Shown here: positions 28,027 through 43,806 of the stretch, piece after piece
Position numbering within the stretch: the stretch's first letter is position 1
Layout of the letters: each line of letters opens with the position of its first letter
Assembly: GCF_009914755.1 (NCBI RefSeq)
Contig: NC_060929.1
From: the human T2T-CHM13v2.0 reference genome, Homo sapiens
Length of the DNA: 64,000 bases
Reading direction: 5' to 3' (one strand)
Made by a program: the position numbers and the translations under genes
The notes under the pieces: generated by a model
What the model saw: only the letters and a program-made list of their open reading frames with translations
Databases searched by the model: none
Told to the model about the DNA's origin: nothing

Positions 28027-30457
28027 CCACATACTCCATTCTTTCTGACTCCTTTAAACATGTAACATTTTGTTTTCTCTAACATACTTGTCTTATTTCA
28101 TAACAAAGCAAAGTAGTTCTTGAATGACATTGTCATTAACTCATTTTATTATGAGTTTCTATTTTATTTATTATAAGAATAACTCTATTTTATTAAAAAG
28201 CATTTCCATAAAATAACACTGCACTGACCAGTATCTAAAAACACTAACCATGCTGATTCCGATTTGCAGGGCTACATTTGGTCTTTCATTTTCTTTGAGT
28301 TTTTCTGTTTCCTGAATACTAACTGAGGACCCCATTTTCCCTTTGAATATAGACTACTATCTCGGCCCGGCTCTTTGAGGCAGAACCTAAAGATACAAAC
28401 TGCTCAACACTCAGTACTAACGACACCTTCCAGAATCAAGCTAATCTCCTAAAAAAAGCTTGCTCTCAGGTGGTTGTATTCTGGAAAAATACCTGCTAGG
28501 CTATTTCATCATAATGCATCAATTATAATATAGTACCACGATGATCCCCTACATTTCTCAATGATGTTGGGTTTATGAATGTAAATGCTAGCTAATTTTA
28601 TGTAATTAATGGAAAAATGTATAAATAAATGAATTGATGGTCTAAAACAAATCTAAGAAGTTATCAAAATTGGTAGAAAGTGGCCTTAACAGGGACTGGG
28701 GGAATTCGGCTTCAGTTCAAATTCTGCTAGCTACTAACACTCTAATATGTAAAATTTCTTAGTCTGTAACATGACAGCACTGGGGTAAATAATTTCTATG
28801 TATAATTAAGTTTTATTATTTACCTTTAATACACTAGGCCTAACAGTAAGTATGAGAGTAAAGAATTTTGACCATGGAGCTCTCCTGACAATCCACAATT
28901 CAAAGTATTTAATGAGCCACCTACTCCTCTGGTTACCCAAAGTTTATAGGCATACATTAGTTACTCCATTTTAAAGACAACATCTATTGAAAAATACCAA
29001 ATCCTCACAACAGGAAAAATCTGTTCAATCCAATGGCTTTGGTTATTTGATTCATTACATTAGCTAGAAATGGCAGAATGCTCTTGTGTTCTAGGACATA
29101 ATTCCTTCCCTTTGGGCTGAAAAAAATAATTCAAAGGATTATTCCACCACAGACAATTGTCCCTCAGAATAGAAAGTAGCATAACATGATATGCTCCAGT
29201 GATCAGGAAGAGATAGTATATTTCCCCCCATAATATTAACTCCAGCCAGTTTTTTCACAATCACAGTCAACAGTAATTGATTGTTTGCCATTTCTATGGC
29301 CAATGCTGTGAAAGGTGCTTAAGCCAAGAGGCACCTGCACACAGTGGTGAGCAATGAATAGCAATGAGAGGTTGCCTTGGGGTAGTATGAAAAAAAGGAG
29401 GATATATTTTCATACCAAAAAACTCCTACCAAAAATGATTAATTCTCACTTCTAAGAAATTTTATTTGGTGCTAAGCTCTGTAAACCATGGATTCCTCCC
29501 AAGAAAAATTTTCATCATTCAGTTAAATCACAGTTGAGAAATTTGCTTGGAATTTATCATTTAGATCACAGCTGAAAAAGTAAATAGATTTAAATCCTTT
29601 TAATCTGAGTGGAACTGCATATGCAAGAGTTCTTTTCTTGGCATCTTGCTTGCATTGAGTGTGCAGAAATGATTTGCTATCATTGTGCTCACCATCAGAT
29701 ATCTGCAAACACTGGTCCCTAACCAGAGGCTGCAGTAAATACACACCAAATGGGTACTTACATAAAAAGGAATCACTAGGACGAAGCTGGCATCAATAGA
29801 TATTTTTAACTGTAAATGTTAACTGTATACAAACAATATTGCTCTAGCTTATGATTAACATTTTTATAAGATGTTTTCAGTTATATAAATTAAAAATTCC
29901 CAAGACTGTTTTCTTTTCTCCCGTGTGATATTAAATTATTACATTTTGAATGATTTACATCCTTATGACTGTAATGGTCTTTTAACCAAACGGCACATAT
30001 TCACGAAATAAATTATGTCTCCCTTATACCAGAGTGTGTCCACTCTCATACTATCCATATAAATACTATTAAATAAAAACATTCTTTCTAAAAAAGGCAT
30101 GAAGTACTCTGCATTTAATCTACAAGAATGTCTTTAAAATGAAGAAAGTGTTACTTCATTGCTGCTTATTATTGCCACAGTGTGAATGAACATTGTTGGA
30201 AACAGATATTTTGGCTTTTCTGCATGTATGACTTAGAATTATCATCTTTGTGATAGAATTTATGTTTAGTTAAAAATCATTTCAATACACATTAACAGCT
30301 GTCTAAACAATTAATCTATTAGTGTATAAATGATAAAGCTGACTGTATAATTATCATAGCATTAAAATACAGGATAGTGTTTTTGTAGTCTTCAACAGGG
30401 AAGGATAAAGCCACAAATGAAGATTGATATATTTAACTATATGAAAATGAGTAACTA

Positions 30458-30858
30458 GGCCGGAGGCGGTGACTCACACTTGTAATTCCAGCACTTTGGG
30501 AGGTTGAGGTGGGCCAATCTCCCGAGGTCAGGAGTTCAAGACCAGCCTGGCCAACATGGTGAAATCCTGTCTCTACAAAAAATACAAAAATGAGCTGGGC
30601 GTGGTGGTGGGCACCTCTAGTCACAGCTATTTGGGATTGAGGCAGGAGAATCTCTTGAACTTGGGAGGCAGAGGTTGCAGTGAGCTAGGATCATGGCACT
30701 GCGCCCCAGCCTGGGAGACAGAGCAAGACTCTGTCTAGAAAGAAAAAAAGAAGGAAGGAAAGAAAGAAGGAAGGAAGGAAGGAAGGAAGGAAGGAAAGAA
30801 AGAAAGAAGGAAAGAAAGAAAGAAAGAAAGAAAGAAAGAGAAAGAAAGAGAGAAAGAG

Positions 30859-30925
<67 letters not shown>

Positions 30926-30960
30926 GGAAAGAAGGAAGGAAGGAAGGGAGGGAAGGAAAA
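30458..30960 (+). mobile_element. AluS (Sx-like) with tail expanded into a ~225-bp (GGAA)n/(GAAA)n microsatellite
   Basis: Alu body 30458-30736; 15-bp TSD gaaaatgag(t/a)aacta at 30443-30457 and 30961-30975. Confidence 0.95.
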
Positions 30961-31020
30961 GAAAATGAGAAACTAGATTCTCAAAATAAAACAATATTAT
31001 GACATAAAAGATCTATTTAA

Positions 31021-31218
31021 CTTTTTTTGAGTCTTTTATTAGTTTATCAGAGATGTACATATGTAGGGAAGTACAAGTGATATTTTCATACATGTATACA
31101 ATGAGTAATGATTAAATCAGGGTAATTGGGATATCCATCATCTCAAACTTTGTTCTTTTCTTCGTATTGCGAACATTAAGATTCTCTTCTATTTTGAAAT
31201 ATACAATAAATAATTGTT
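31021..31218 (-). mobile_element. L1MA4/5-like 3' end, left piece (host of the chimeric insertion)
   Basis: 'catgtatacaatgagtaatgattaaatcagggtaattgggatatccatcatctcaaac...tttgaaatatacaataaataattgtt' continues seamlessly at 37683. Confidence 0.85.
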
Positions 31219-31431
31219 TTTTATTATTATTATACTTTAAGTTCCATGTACATGTGCACAACGTGCAGGTTTGTTATATATGTATACACGTGCCATGTTG
31301 GTGTGCTTCACCCATTAACTCATCATTTACATTAGGTATATCTCCTAATGCTATCCCTCCCCCCACTCCCCAGCCCACGACAGGCCCCAGTGTGTGGTGT
31401 TCATCACCCTGTGTCCAAGTGTTCTCATTGT

Positions 31432-35258
<3,827 letters not shown>

Positions 35259-35321
35259 TATGATGTTAGCTGGTTATTTTGCTCATTAGTTGAGGCAGTT
35301 TCTTCCTAGTAGCGATGGTCT

Positions 35322-36347
35322 TTACAATTTGGGATGTTTTTGCAGTGGCTGGTACTGGTTGTTCCTTTCCATGTTTAGTGCTTCCTTCAGGAGCTCTTGT
35401 AAGGCAGGCCTGGGGGTGACAAAATCTGTCAGCATTTGCTTGTTTGTAAAGGATTTTATTTCTCCTTCACTTATGAAGCTTAGTTTTGCTGGATATGAAA
35501 TTCTGGGTTGAAAATTATTTTCTTTAAGAATGTTGAATATTGGCCCCCACTCTCTTCTGGCTTGTAGAGTTTCTGCCGAGAGATCTGCTGTTAGTGTGAT
35601 GGGCTTCCCTTTGTGGGTAACCCAACCTTTCTCTCTAGCTGCCCTTAACATTTTTTCCTTCATTTCAACTTTGGTGAATCTGACAATTATGTGTCTTGGA
35701 GTTGCTCTTCTCCAGGAGTATCTTTGTGGCATTCTCTGTATTTCCTAAATTTGAATGTTAGCCTGCCTTGGTAGGTTGGGGAAGTTCTCCTGGATTATAT
35801 CCTGCAGAGTGTTTTCCAACTTGGTTCCATTCTCCCCATCACTTTCAGGTACACCAATCAGACATAGATTTGGTCTTTTCACATAGTCCCATATTTCTTG
35901 GAGGCTTTGTTCATTTCTTTTTAGTCTTTTTTCTCTAAACTTCTCTTCTCACCTCCTTTCATTCATTTGATCTTCAATCACTGATACCCTTTCTTCCAGT
36001 TGATCAAATCAGCTACTGAAGCTTGTGCATGCATTACGTAGTTCTTGTGCCATGGTTTTCAGCTCCATCGGGTCATTTAAGGTCTTCTCTATGCCGTTTA
36101 TTCTAGTTAACCATTCGTCCAATCTTTTTTCAAAGTTCTTAGCTTCTTTGTGATTGTTTCGAAGATCCTCCTTTATCTCGGAGAAGTTTGTTATTACTGA
36201 TCTTCTGAAGCCTTCTTCTCTCAACTTGTCAAAGTCATTCTCCTTCCAGCTTTGTTCCATTGCTGGCAAGGAGCTCCATTCCTTTGGAAGAGAAGAGGCA
36301 CTCTGATTTTTAGAATTTTCAGTTTTTCTGATCTGGTTTCTCCCCAT
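35322..36347 (-). pseudogene. L1 ORF1p remnant
   Basis: Fragments MGRNQIRKTENSKNQSASS... and ...RATPRHIIVRFTKVEMKEKMLRAAREKG...LNMERNNQYQPLQKH, broken by stop/frameshift. Confidence 0.95.
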
Positions 36348-37384
36348 CTTTGTGGTTTTATCTACCTTTGGTCTTTGATGATGGTGACGTACAGATGGGA
36401 TTTTGGTGTGGATGTCCTTTCTGCTTGTTAGTTTACCTTCTAACAGTCAGGACCCTCAGCTGCAGGTCTGTTGGAGTTTGCTGGAGGCCCACTCCAGACC
36501 CTGTTTGCCTGGGTGTCACCATCGGAGGCTGCAGAACTGCAAATATTGCAGAAGAGCAAATGTTGCTCCCTGATCAATCCTCTGGAAGCTTCGTCTCAGA
36601 GGGGCACCTGGCCTTATGAGGTGTCAGTCAGCCCCTACTGGGAGGTGCCTCCCAGTTAGGCTACTCGGAATTCAGGGACCCACTTAAGGAGGCAGTCTGT
36701 TGGTTCTCAGATCTCATACTCCATGCTGGGAGAATCACTACTCTCTTCAAAGCTGTCAGATAGGGACATTTAAGTCTGCAGAAGTTTCTGCTGCCTTTTG
36801 TTCAGCTATGCCCTGCCCCCAGAGGTGGAGTCTACAGAGGCAGGCAGGCCTCCTTGAGCTGTTCTGGGCTCCATCCAGTTCGAGCTTCTAGGCTGCTTTG
36901 TTTACCTACTCAAGCCTCAGCAATGGTGAGCGTCCCTCCCCCAGCCTTGCTGCCACCTTGCAGTTCGATCTCAGGCTGCTGTGCTGGCAGTGAGCAAGGC
37001 CCCATGAGCATAGGACCCTCTGAGCCAGGTGTGGGATATAATCTCCTGGTGTGCCATTTGCTAAGACCATTGGAAAAGCAGAGTATTAGGGTGGGAGTAA
37101 CCCGATTTTCCAGGTGCTGTCTCTCATGGCTTCCCTTGGCTAGGAAAGGAAATTCCCCGACCCCTTGCACTTCCCGGGTGAGGCCATGTCTCGCTCTGCT
37201 TCAGCTCATGGTCCGTGGGCTGCACCCACTGTCCTGCACCCACTGTCTGACAAGTCCCAGTGAGATGAACCCAGTACCTCAGTTGGAAATGCAGAAATCA
37301 CCCGTCTTCTGCATGACTCACGCTGGGAGCTGTAGACTGGAGCTGTTCCTATTCGGCCATCTTGGAACCTCCCTGAACTTGATG

Positions 37385-37666
37385 TTTGTGCAAACTACTA
37401 GTACTGGAATGCCCAAGTTATGTGTAAGTGTATCCGCACCCAGAGGTAAAACTACACTGTCATCTTTGTCTTCTTGTGATGCAGTATTTCTTCTCAGGGG
37501 AGAAGCCAGGAAGTCTTCTCCTGGCTGTACATATTCTTGGAAGTCTCTAATCACCAGCAGTAGCATGTTCTTCCCCACAGGGAGCTTGGAGCACGAGCGG
37601 CTGGAGACCTCGCTGAGGATGCAGGACCAAAGGTTCTGCCCATCCTCGACATCTCCTGCCGCAGCC
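37385..37666 (-). pseudogene. DYNC1LI1: Processed (intronless) fragment of cytoplasmic dynein 1 light intermediate chain 1 mRNA with internal exon-skip, fused to the L1 5' end
   Basis: Translation AAAGDVEDGQNLWSCILSEVSSRSCSKLPVGKNMLLL|VIRDFQEYVQPGEDFLASPLRRNTASQEDKDDSVVLPLGADTLTHNLGIPVLVVCT matches recalled LIC1 residues ~37-73 and ~190-245. The symbol given is the parent gene. Confidence 0.95.
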
Positions 37667-37682
37667 ACAATAAATAATTGTT
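37667..37682. repeat. 16-bp target-site duplication (right copy; left copy 31203-31218)
   Basis: ACAATAAATAATTGTT is identical at both ends; the empty site reads TGTT/AA, close to the L1 endonuclease consensus TTTT/AA. Confidence 0.95.
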
Positions 37683-38880
37683 AACCGTAACTTCCTCACT
37701 GTACTGTTGAATGCTAGAACTGATTCGTTCCACCTACCAATATTTTTATACCCATTTTATCAGTCTGTTCTCACACTGCTATAAAGGCATACCTGAGGTT
37801 GGGTAATTTTTAAAGAAAACAGGTTTAATTGGCCCACAGTTCTGAAGGATATACAGGTTTTGCTGCTGGGGAGGCCTCAGGAAACTTACAATCTTGGAGG
37901 AAGGGGAACTGAGTACATCTTCAGATGGCCTGCAGGAGAGAGAAAGAGAAGAGGAAAGTGCTACACATTTTTAAACAACCAGATCTCAGGAGAACTCACT
38001 CACTATTGCAAGAACAGCAAGGGTGAAGTCTGCCTCCATAATTCTCTCACCATCCAGCAGACCCCTCCACAAACACTGAGGATCACAACTCAACATGACA
38101 TCTGTGTGGGCACACAGAGCCAAACCATATCACTCATTAACTCACTTCCCTTTATCTCTCACACCCTCTTTCTTTCTCTGCCTCTAGTAACCACGATTCT
38201 ACTCTCCACTTCCATGACATCCACTTTTTTTAACTCCCATATATGAGTGAGAACATATGAAGTTTGCCTTTCTGTGTCTGGTTTATTTCATTTAAGATTA
38301 TGACCTTCAGTTCCATTCATGTTGCTGCAGATGACAAGATTTCACTCCTTTTTATGGCTGAAAAATATTTCATTGTTTACATATGACACATTTTCTTTAT
38401 CCATTCATCTGTTGATGGACACTTAGGTTGATTCCATATCTTGGCTATTGTGAATAGTGCTGCAAAAAACATAGCCATTTGGACATTTCTTTGATATACT
38501 GAGTTTCTTTCTTTTGGATATATACCCAACAGTGGGATTGTTAAATTATACAGTAATTCTGTATTTAGCTTTCTGAGGAATTTCTATACTGTTTTGCATA
38601 ATGGCTATACTACTTAATATTCCCACCAACAATGTATGAGCATTCCCCTGTCTCTGCATCCTTGCTAGCATTTGTTAGGTTTTGCCTTTTTGATAATAGC
38701 AATCCTAAATGGAGTAAGATGATGTCTCATTGTGGTTCTGATTTGCTGGAAATCCCTGATGACTAGTAATGTGGAGCATCTTTTTTATATACTTGCTGGT
38801 CATTTTTTTTTAACTTGCTGGTCATTTTTATGTCTTCTTTTGAGAAATATTTATTCAAGTCTTTTCCTCATTTTAAAATC
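37683..38880 (-). mobile_element. L1MA4/5-like continuation (interrupted by an MST LTR)
   Basis: 'aaccgtaacttcctcactgtactgttgaatgctagaactgattc' and after 38138 'ctctagtaaccacgattctactctccacttccatga...tcccatatatgagtgagaacat'. Confidence 0.85.
37756..38132 (-). mobile_element. MSTA-like MaLR solo LTR
   Basis: 'gtctgttctcacactgctataaag...ggggaggcctcaggaaacttacaatc...acacagagccaaaccatatca'; TSD cccat (37751-37755) and ctcat (38133-38137). Confidence 0.9.
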
Positions 38881-38931
38881 AGCATACTTGTAAAAGTTGT
38901 ACTATGAGTTTAGTAACACATTATGAATTAA

Positions 38932-39315
<384 letters not shown>

Positions 39316-40074
39316 TGAAGTTCCATATATCTTTATGCTCAATTTTTTTCCTTTTGTCTTGTCAGTAAAAGGAAAGTATATGTAATCATTTTGCAAATTG
39401 TCTTAATTCTATTCATGGTACAAAGCACTTATTGGAACAGACAAGGTCCTCATTGCTCTCAACTTCTTCGACAAGGGTCTTCCAGGGGGCTTATCCTGTT
39501 CTGGAACTTGCATGTTTCCATGTGCTATGAAACCAGCACTACAAATACTAAGGCAAAGATTTACAATATGATATTCCAATAAAGTGGAAATCAGCCTTAT
39601 AAGTATGCTAATACATCAAGCTATTTTTACATGATGTATTTATTTCATAGTAAATTAGTTTTTATATACTGATATAACCTATGAAAAACTTAAAGATCAA
39701 GATAGTTTATATGGGTTATTGCTTTTCACAAAAATAAAATTCACCAAAAAATGATTTAATTCTACATGTAATGTCACCTATGCATCCACACAGAGAATTA
39801 TAAAAATATAAGTAATGTCAGTAGGTCGATTATGTTCAAATTAGTGATCAAAACCTGTTTACCAATTTAGGTCACATTTTTGCAATATTGTAGATCAGAT
39901 TATTCATTTTAAGAGTAGGTTCTATTTCTATTTTCTTTCTAAGAATGTGATATGATGTTCCCAAAACTACTAGAAGCATTTAATGTGTGTGGTCTCACAT
40001 CTTCAGGAGTGAATATTTGTCTATGGTAATATTTAGTGAATGTTAGCCTATGTAAAAATCAATTGTTCATTCTC

Positions 40075-41235
40075 AAAATGGTGGACTAGATGGCTTCAGG
40101 TCATCTCTTCCACTGAGAACAACTAAAATAGTTGGCACTAAATATGAAAAGTGTATGTGTTCAATGGCATGAGAAAGTTGCCACAGTCTGTAAGAGTGAT
40201 GGAGAGAACCAGGTAAAGAATGTGGCCCTGTTTATTCCGTGGGTATCTTCTAAATTCCATGGCATGACTCAAAGGCAGAAATGAGCAAACTTTTCCGGAC
40301 ACTCACCAGGCCATTAGGACAAATATTAAGGTTCATGCCCTACAACAAGGGAAGATTCCTGGCAATTACCAAGGGTTTGGGTAAAACTTGAAGTCGGGAA
40401 CTGAATCCCAACTTCCAATTATGTAAATATTTTATTAGTTGGTGGTGACAAAGGGCTGCTTGCACCTCTAACCAAGCTGTCAGCAAGAAAACAAGTAAAT
40501 CCTTTCTGGAGGAAAATACCATCGAAGCCACAAGTTTTTAGGTAAATTTTCAGGTAATATGATAAACACACACAGAAATCAGTATACAAAGAATATCACT
40601 AAAAATTAAGACAATAGAATAAAAAACTTTTTTAAGAATAACTGTCTGGGTCTCCGGATAATGGAAATACTTGGACAGATGTTAAAAGATCACTCTTACG
40701 AAACTGGAAGAAAAGGTAAAAACCTGGAAAATATAAAGTAAAAAACCATAAAATACATAAGCTGAAAACATACTTAAATATTTCATAACTGGCATCAACA
40801 CTATTGACAAAAGTAAGAATTTAATAATCTGGAGTGTAGACTAGAGGAAAAGATCCAGATTTAAACATGAAGAGAAAAAAGAATGAAGAACAAAGCAGGT
40901 TTCATAGGCAAATAATATTGGAAAGGAGATTATTTGTAACATTTGTATGCAATTGTAATCTCAGAAAAGGAAGAGAAAGAAAATGAGGACATGCAATATA
41001 TTAAGATAATGGCTAACAGTTTTCTAAAAATGATATAAAACAGCAATCTTTGACTTTAATAAATTCTACCAACTCCAAGGTCCATAAACAAAAATAAAGC
41101 CACACCAAAGAACAATATTACAAAACTGCCAATCACTAAAGATAAACAGAAAAGAAAAAAATCAGTATTAAATGTACAAAAGGATATCATCCTGCAAATA
41201 TAACAAAAAAGAAATAAAGCAAGATGGACCCCGAT
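40075..41235 (+). mobile_element. Highly degraded old L1 (L1ME-type) 5'/ORF1 region
   Basis: A-rich plus strand with L1 ORF1-like phrases ('gtaatctcagaaaaggaagagaaagaaaatg...aagataatggctaacagttttc'). Confidence 0.5.
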
Positions 41236-43476
41236 TGCAACAGTATAACATATCACACTCCATCCTAAGTGCTACTTATGTCATATTTATTCTTATCTTT
41301 ATGTCACCTATATTCTTCATAATCCTCACACACAACTTATCACTTTGATTTAAACAGTAGGTTATCATTTTAAAAAGTTAAAAGCTTAACAAAATCGTTT
41401 ACTATATTTCCCACATATTTCCCATTTCCAGAGCTCTTTAATTCTGTAAATTCAGCTTCACATCAGATATGATTCCAACTTGAAGAACTATATTAAGTAT
41501 TCCCTGTAATGCAGTTCTGCTTGAGATCGTATTCATTTTGAATTGTGCCACTATAAAAATATTGCCACCAACTTAGCAGCTTCAAACAACACTCATTAAT
41601 TATCTCATATTTCAAGAGCTCAGACAGCCAAGTTCTTTTGTCTGGCTCTCTGTTAGGGTCTCACACAGCTAAAATCGAGGTGTCAGCTAGTCTGGCAAAA
41701 ATTGTTAAAGTTGGTAACATCAAGGATTGGTGAGAATGCAGAACAACTGAAACTCATACATTGCTGGTGAAAAATTAAATTTGTTTAACAACTTTGAAAA
41801 ACTGTTTGTCGGTTTCTAATAACTTGAACATATTCCTACTCTCTGACCCAGGAATTCTGCTTCTAGATATATAGTTAAAGAAAATGAGCACATGTGTTTA
41901 CAAAGTATATCCCTTAGTTTATGTTTGATTAGTTGTTGTATTTCCTTTGTGATATTTTGTCATTTGTGATATTTATATCACAAGCATGAAATGTGCTTTT
42001 TGCACATTTTATGCTTCAATGAAATATTTAAATAAAACATATGTAATTTGTAGGAGTTTAAATTCTTTTATAACATTTCCATGATGTTAATTGTTCATTC
42101 TCTATTCTCTGAACATTAGTTTATATGTATATAGTTTTTATATTTGTGAAAGAGAAACAATCTAAGAAATGTCTTAGAAACATATAGGAAATTCATGGTA
42201 GTTATTTGCATGTGGACAGTATTAAATGGGTATTTGTGGGATGAATGAACAGGTAGAAGCAAATATCAGTGTTCTAGGAAAGCTTTCTGGAATCTCCTAG
42301 CTTAATATTTTCATTTTAAGTTGACGACATTGGATTAAGACTCTGAGTATTTCATTTTCTAACTTTGTCATAGATTGGTGACACAACAATTAGCAAATTT
42401 TTGTACTTCCCAAGATTCTTTTCTAGATTTTATTCTATATCATTTTAATTCACAAACTCAGGAGTATAAATTCTAGCAAATTAGATATTTCAAAGTTTTG
42501 CCTTTAATTTGAAGTACAAAACTTATGCATATGGGATAACTTATATACCAATTATGTATTTATTTTCTTAACTAATTGTTGGTATTTTAAAACAAGTAAA
42601 AAACAACTTTTGCTGACAATCCAATGAAAGGGATATTTTACAGAGATTCAACTCAACAAAATAATTGTTTAACAAAATTTTAATATGATTTTTCAAGTCT
42701 CTCTAGGGCACCCAAAAATATTTTTTCCAAATATAAACCATAGCCAAATACAAACCACAGCCAAACTTCTTAGAGTATTCTATACCATACTGCCTAGTAA
42801 TAGTCTTCCCCTTTGCAATTCCCAAAATACTCCAATCAACTCAGCCAAACTACAATTTGAATTATCTTTTTTTTTTTCTCTCTCTCTCTCCCTTCCCTCC
42901 AGTATTCTCTTCATGTATGATTTAAATCCTCCCAGCCTCTGGGCCTTCACCTTTTCATTTCCCATGCCCCTTCACTTCATAATGGGTGAAGTGGTAGCCA
43001 TGGAAATTGTCACAATATCCACCCACTTTCAATGATTGATTTCACAGTAGCCATTTCACCTCCAGTGACTGAATATACAGTATCTATTTCATCTCCAATT
43101 ATTGGGTCACATTATATGTTTTATCTCCAGTGGATCAGTTTGATAATTCAAATCTGGCTGACAAAAATTAGGTGGACATGGGTTTGTAAAGCAAGTCTTG
43201 ACACTGATAGCAAGAGTTTACTGCGTGCCTTAGAAAAAGTTTTCATCTTCTCAAGAAAGAGAAAAACATTGTATGTTTACATATACCTGCAAATGCTGTA
43301 GCCATCTTTCATCAATCTGGAGAAAACGTAAGCAAGTGATGATAGCAGGCAGAAGCTCTGCTCAATCAGCCCTAATATGTGCCTGTCTATGAACCACTGA
43401 TGCCTATGCTAATTAAAAAACAAAAGTATTGTTCAAACCAGAATTGAAGTTGATTGTTTTTAAGAGACTGCTTCCC

Positions 43477-43760
43477 AGCCGGGTGCGGTGGCTCACGCCT
43501 GTAATACCAGCAGTTTGGGAGGCCGAGGCAGGCGGATCACGAGGTCAGGAGATCGAGACCATCCTGGCTAACACGGTGAAAACCCGTCTCTACTAAAAAT
43601 ACAAAAAATCAGCTGGGCATGGTGGCAGGCACCTGTAGTCCCAGCTACTCGGGAGGCTGAGGCAGGAGAATGGCGTGAACCCAGGAAGCGGAGGTGTTGC
43701 AGTGAGCCGAGAAGGTGCCACTGCACTCCAGACTGGGTGACAGAGCGAGACTCCGTCTCA

Positions 43761-43806
<46 letters not shown>

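Larger units (their letters stand above)
36923..37684 (+). other. L1 ORF0-initiated open frame (253 aa) running through the L1 5'UTR and antisense across the DYNC1LI1 fragment; expression unknown
   Basis: gcaATGG at 36923 starts MVSVPPPALLPPCSSISGCC...GPSEPGVGYNLLV...IRVGVTRFSRC (ORF0-like); no stop until TAA at 37682-37684. Confidence 0.55.

Noticed and set aside
30617-30994. K/E/R-rich and F/L/S-rich ORFs
   Set aside because: Alu plus the GAAA microsatellite tail.
37385-37666. Real exons of a functional dynein LIC gene
   Set aside because: No splice signals or introns, non-adjacent protein segments are joined, both ends are truncated, and it lies inside an L1 TSD.
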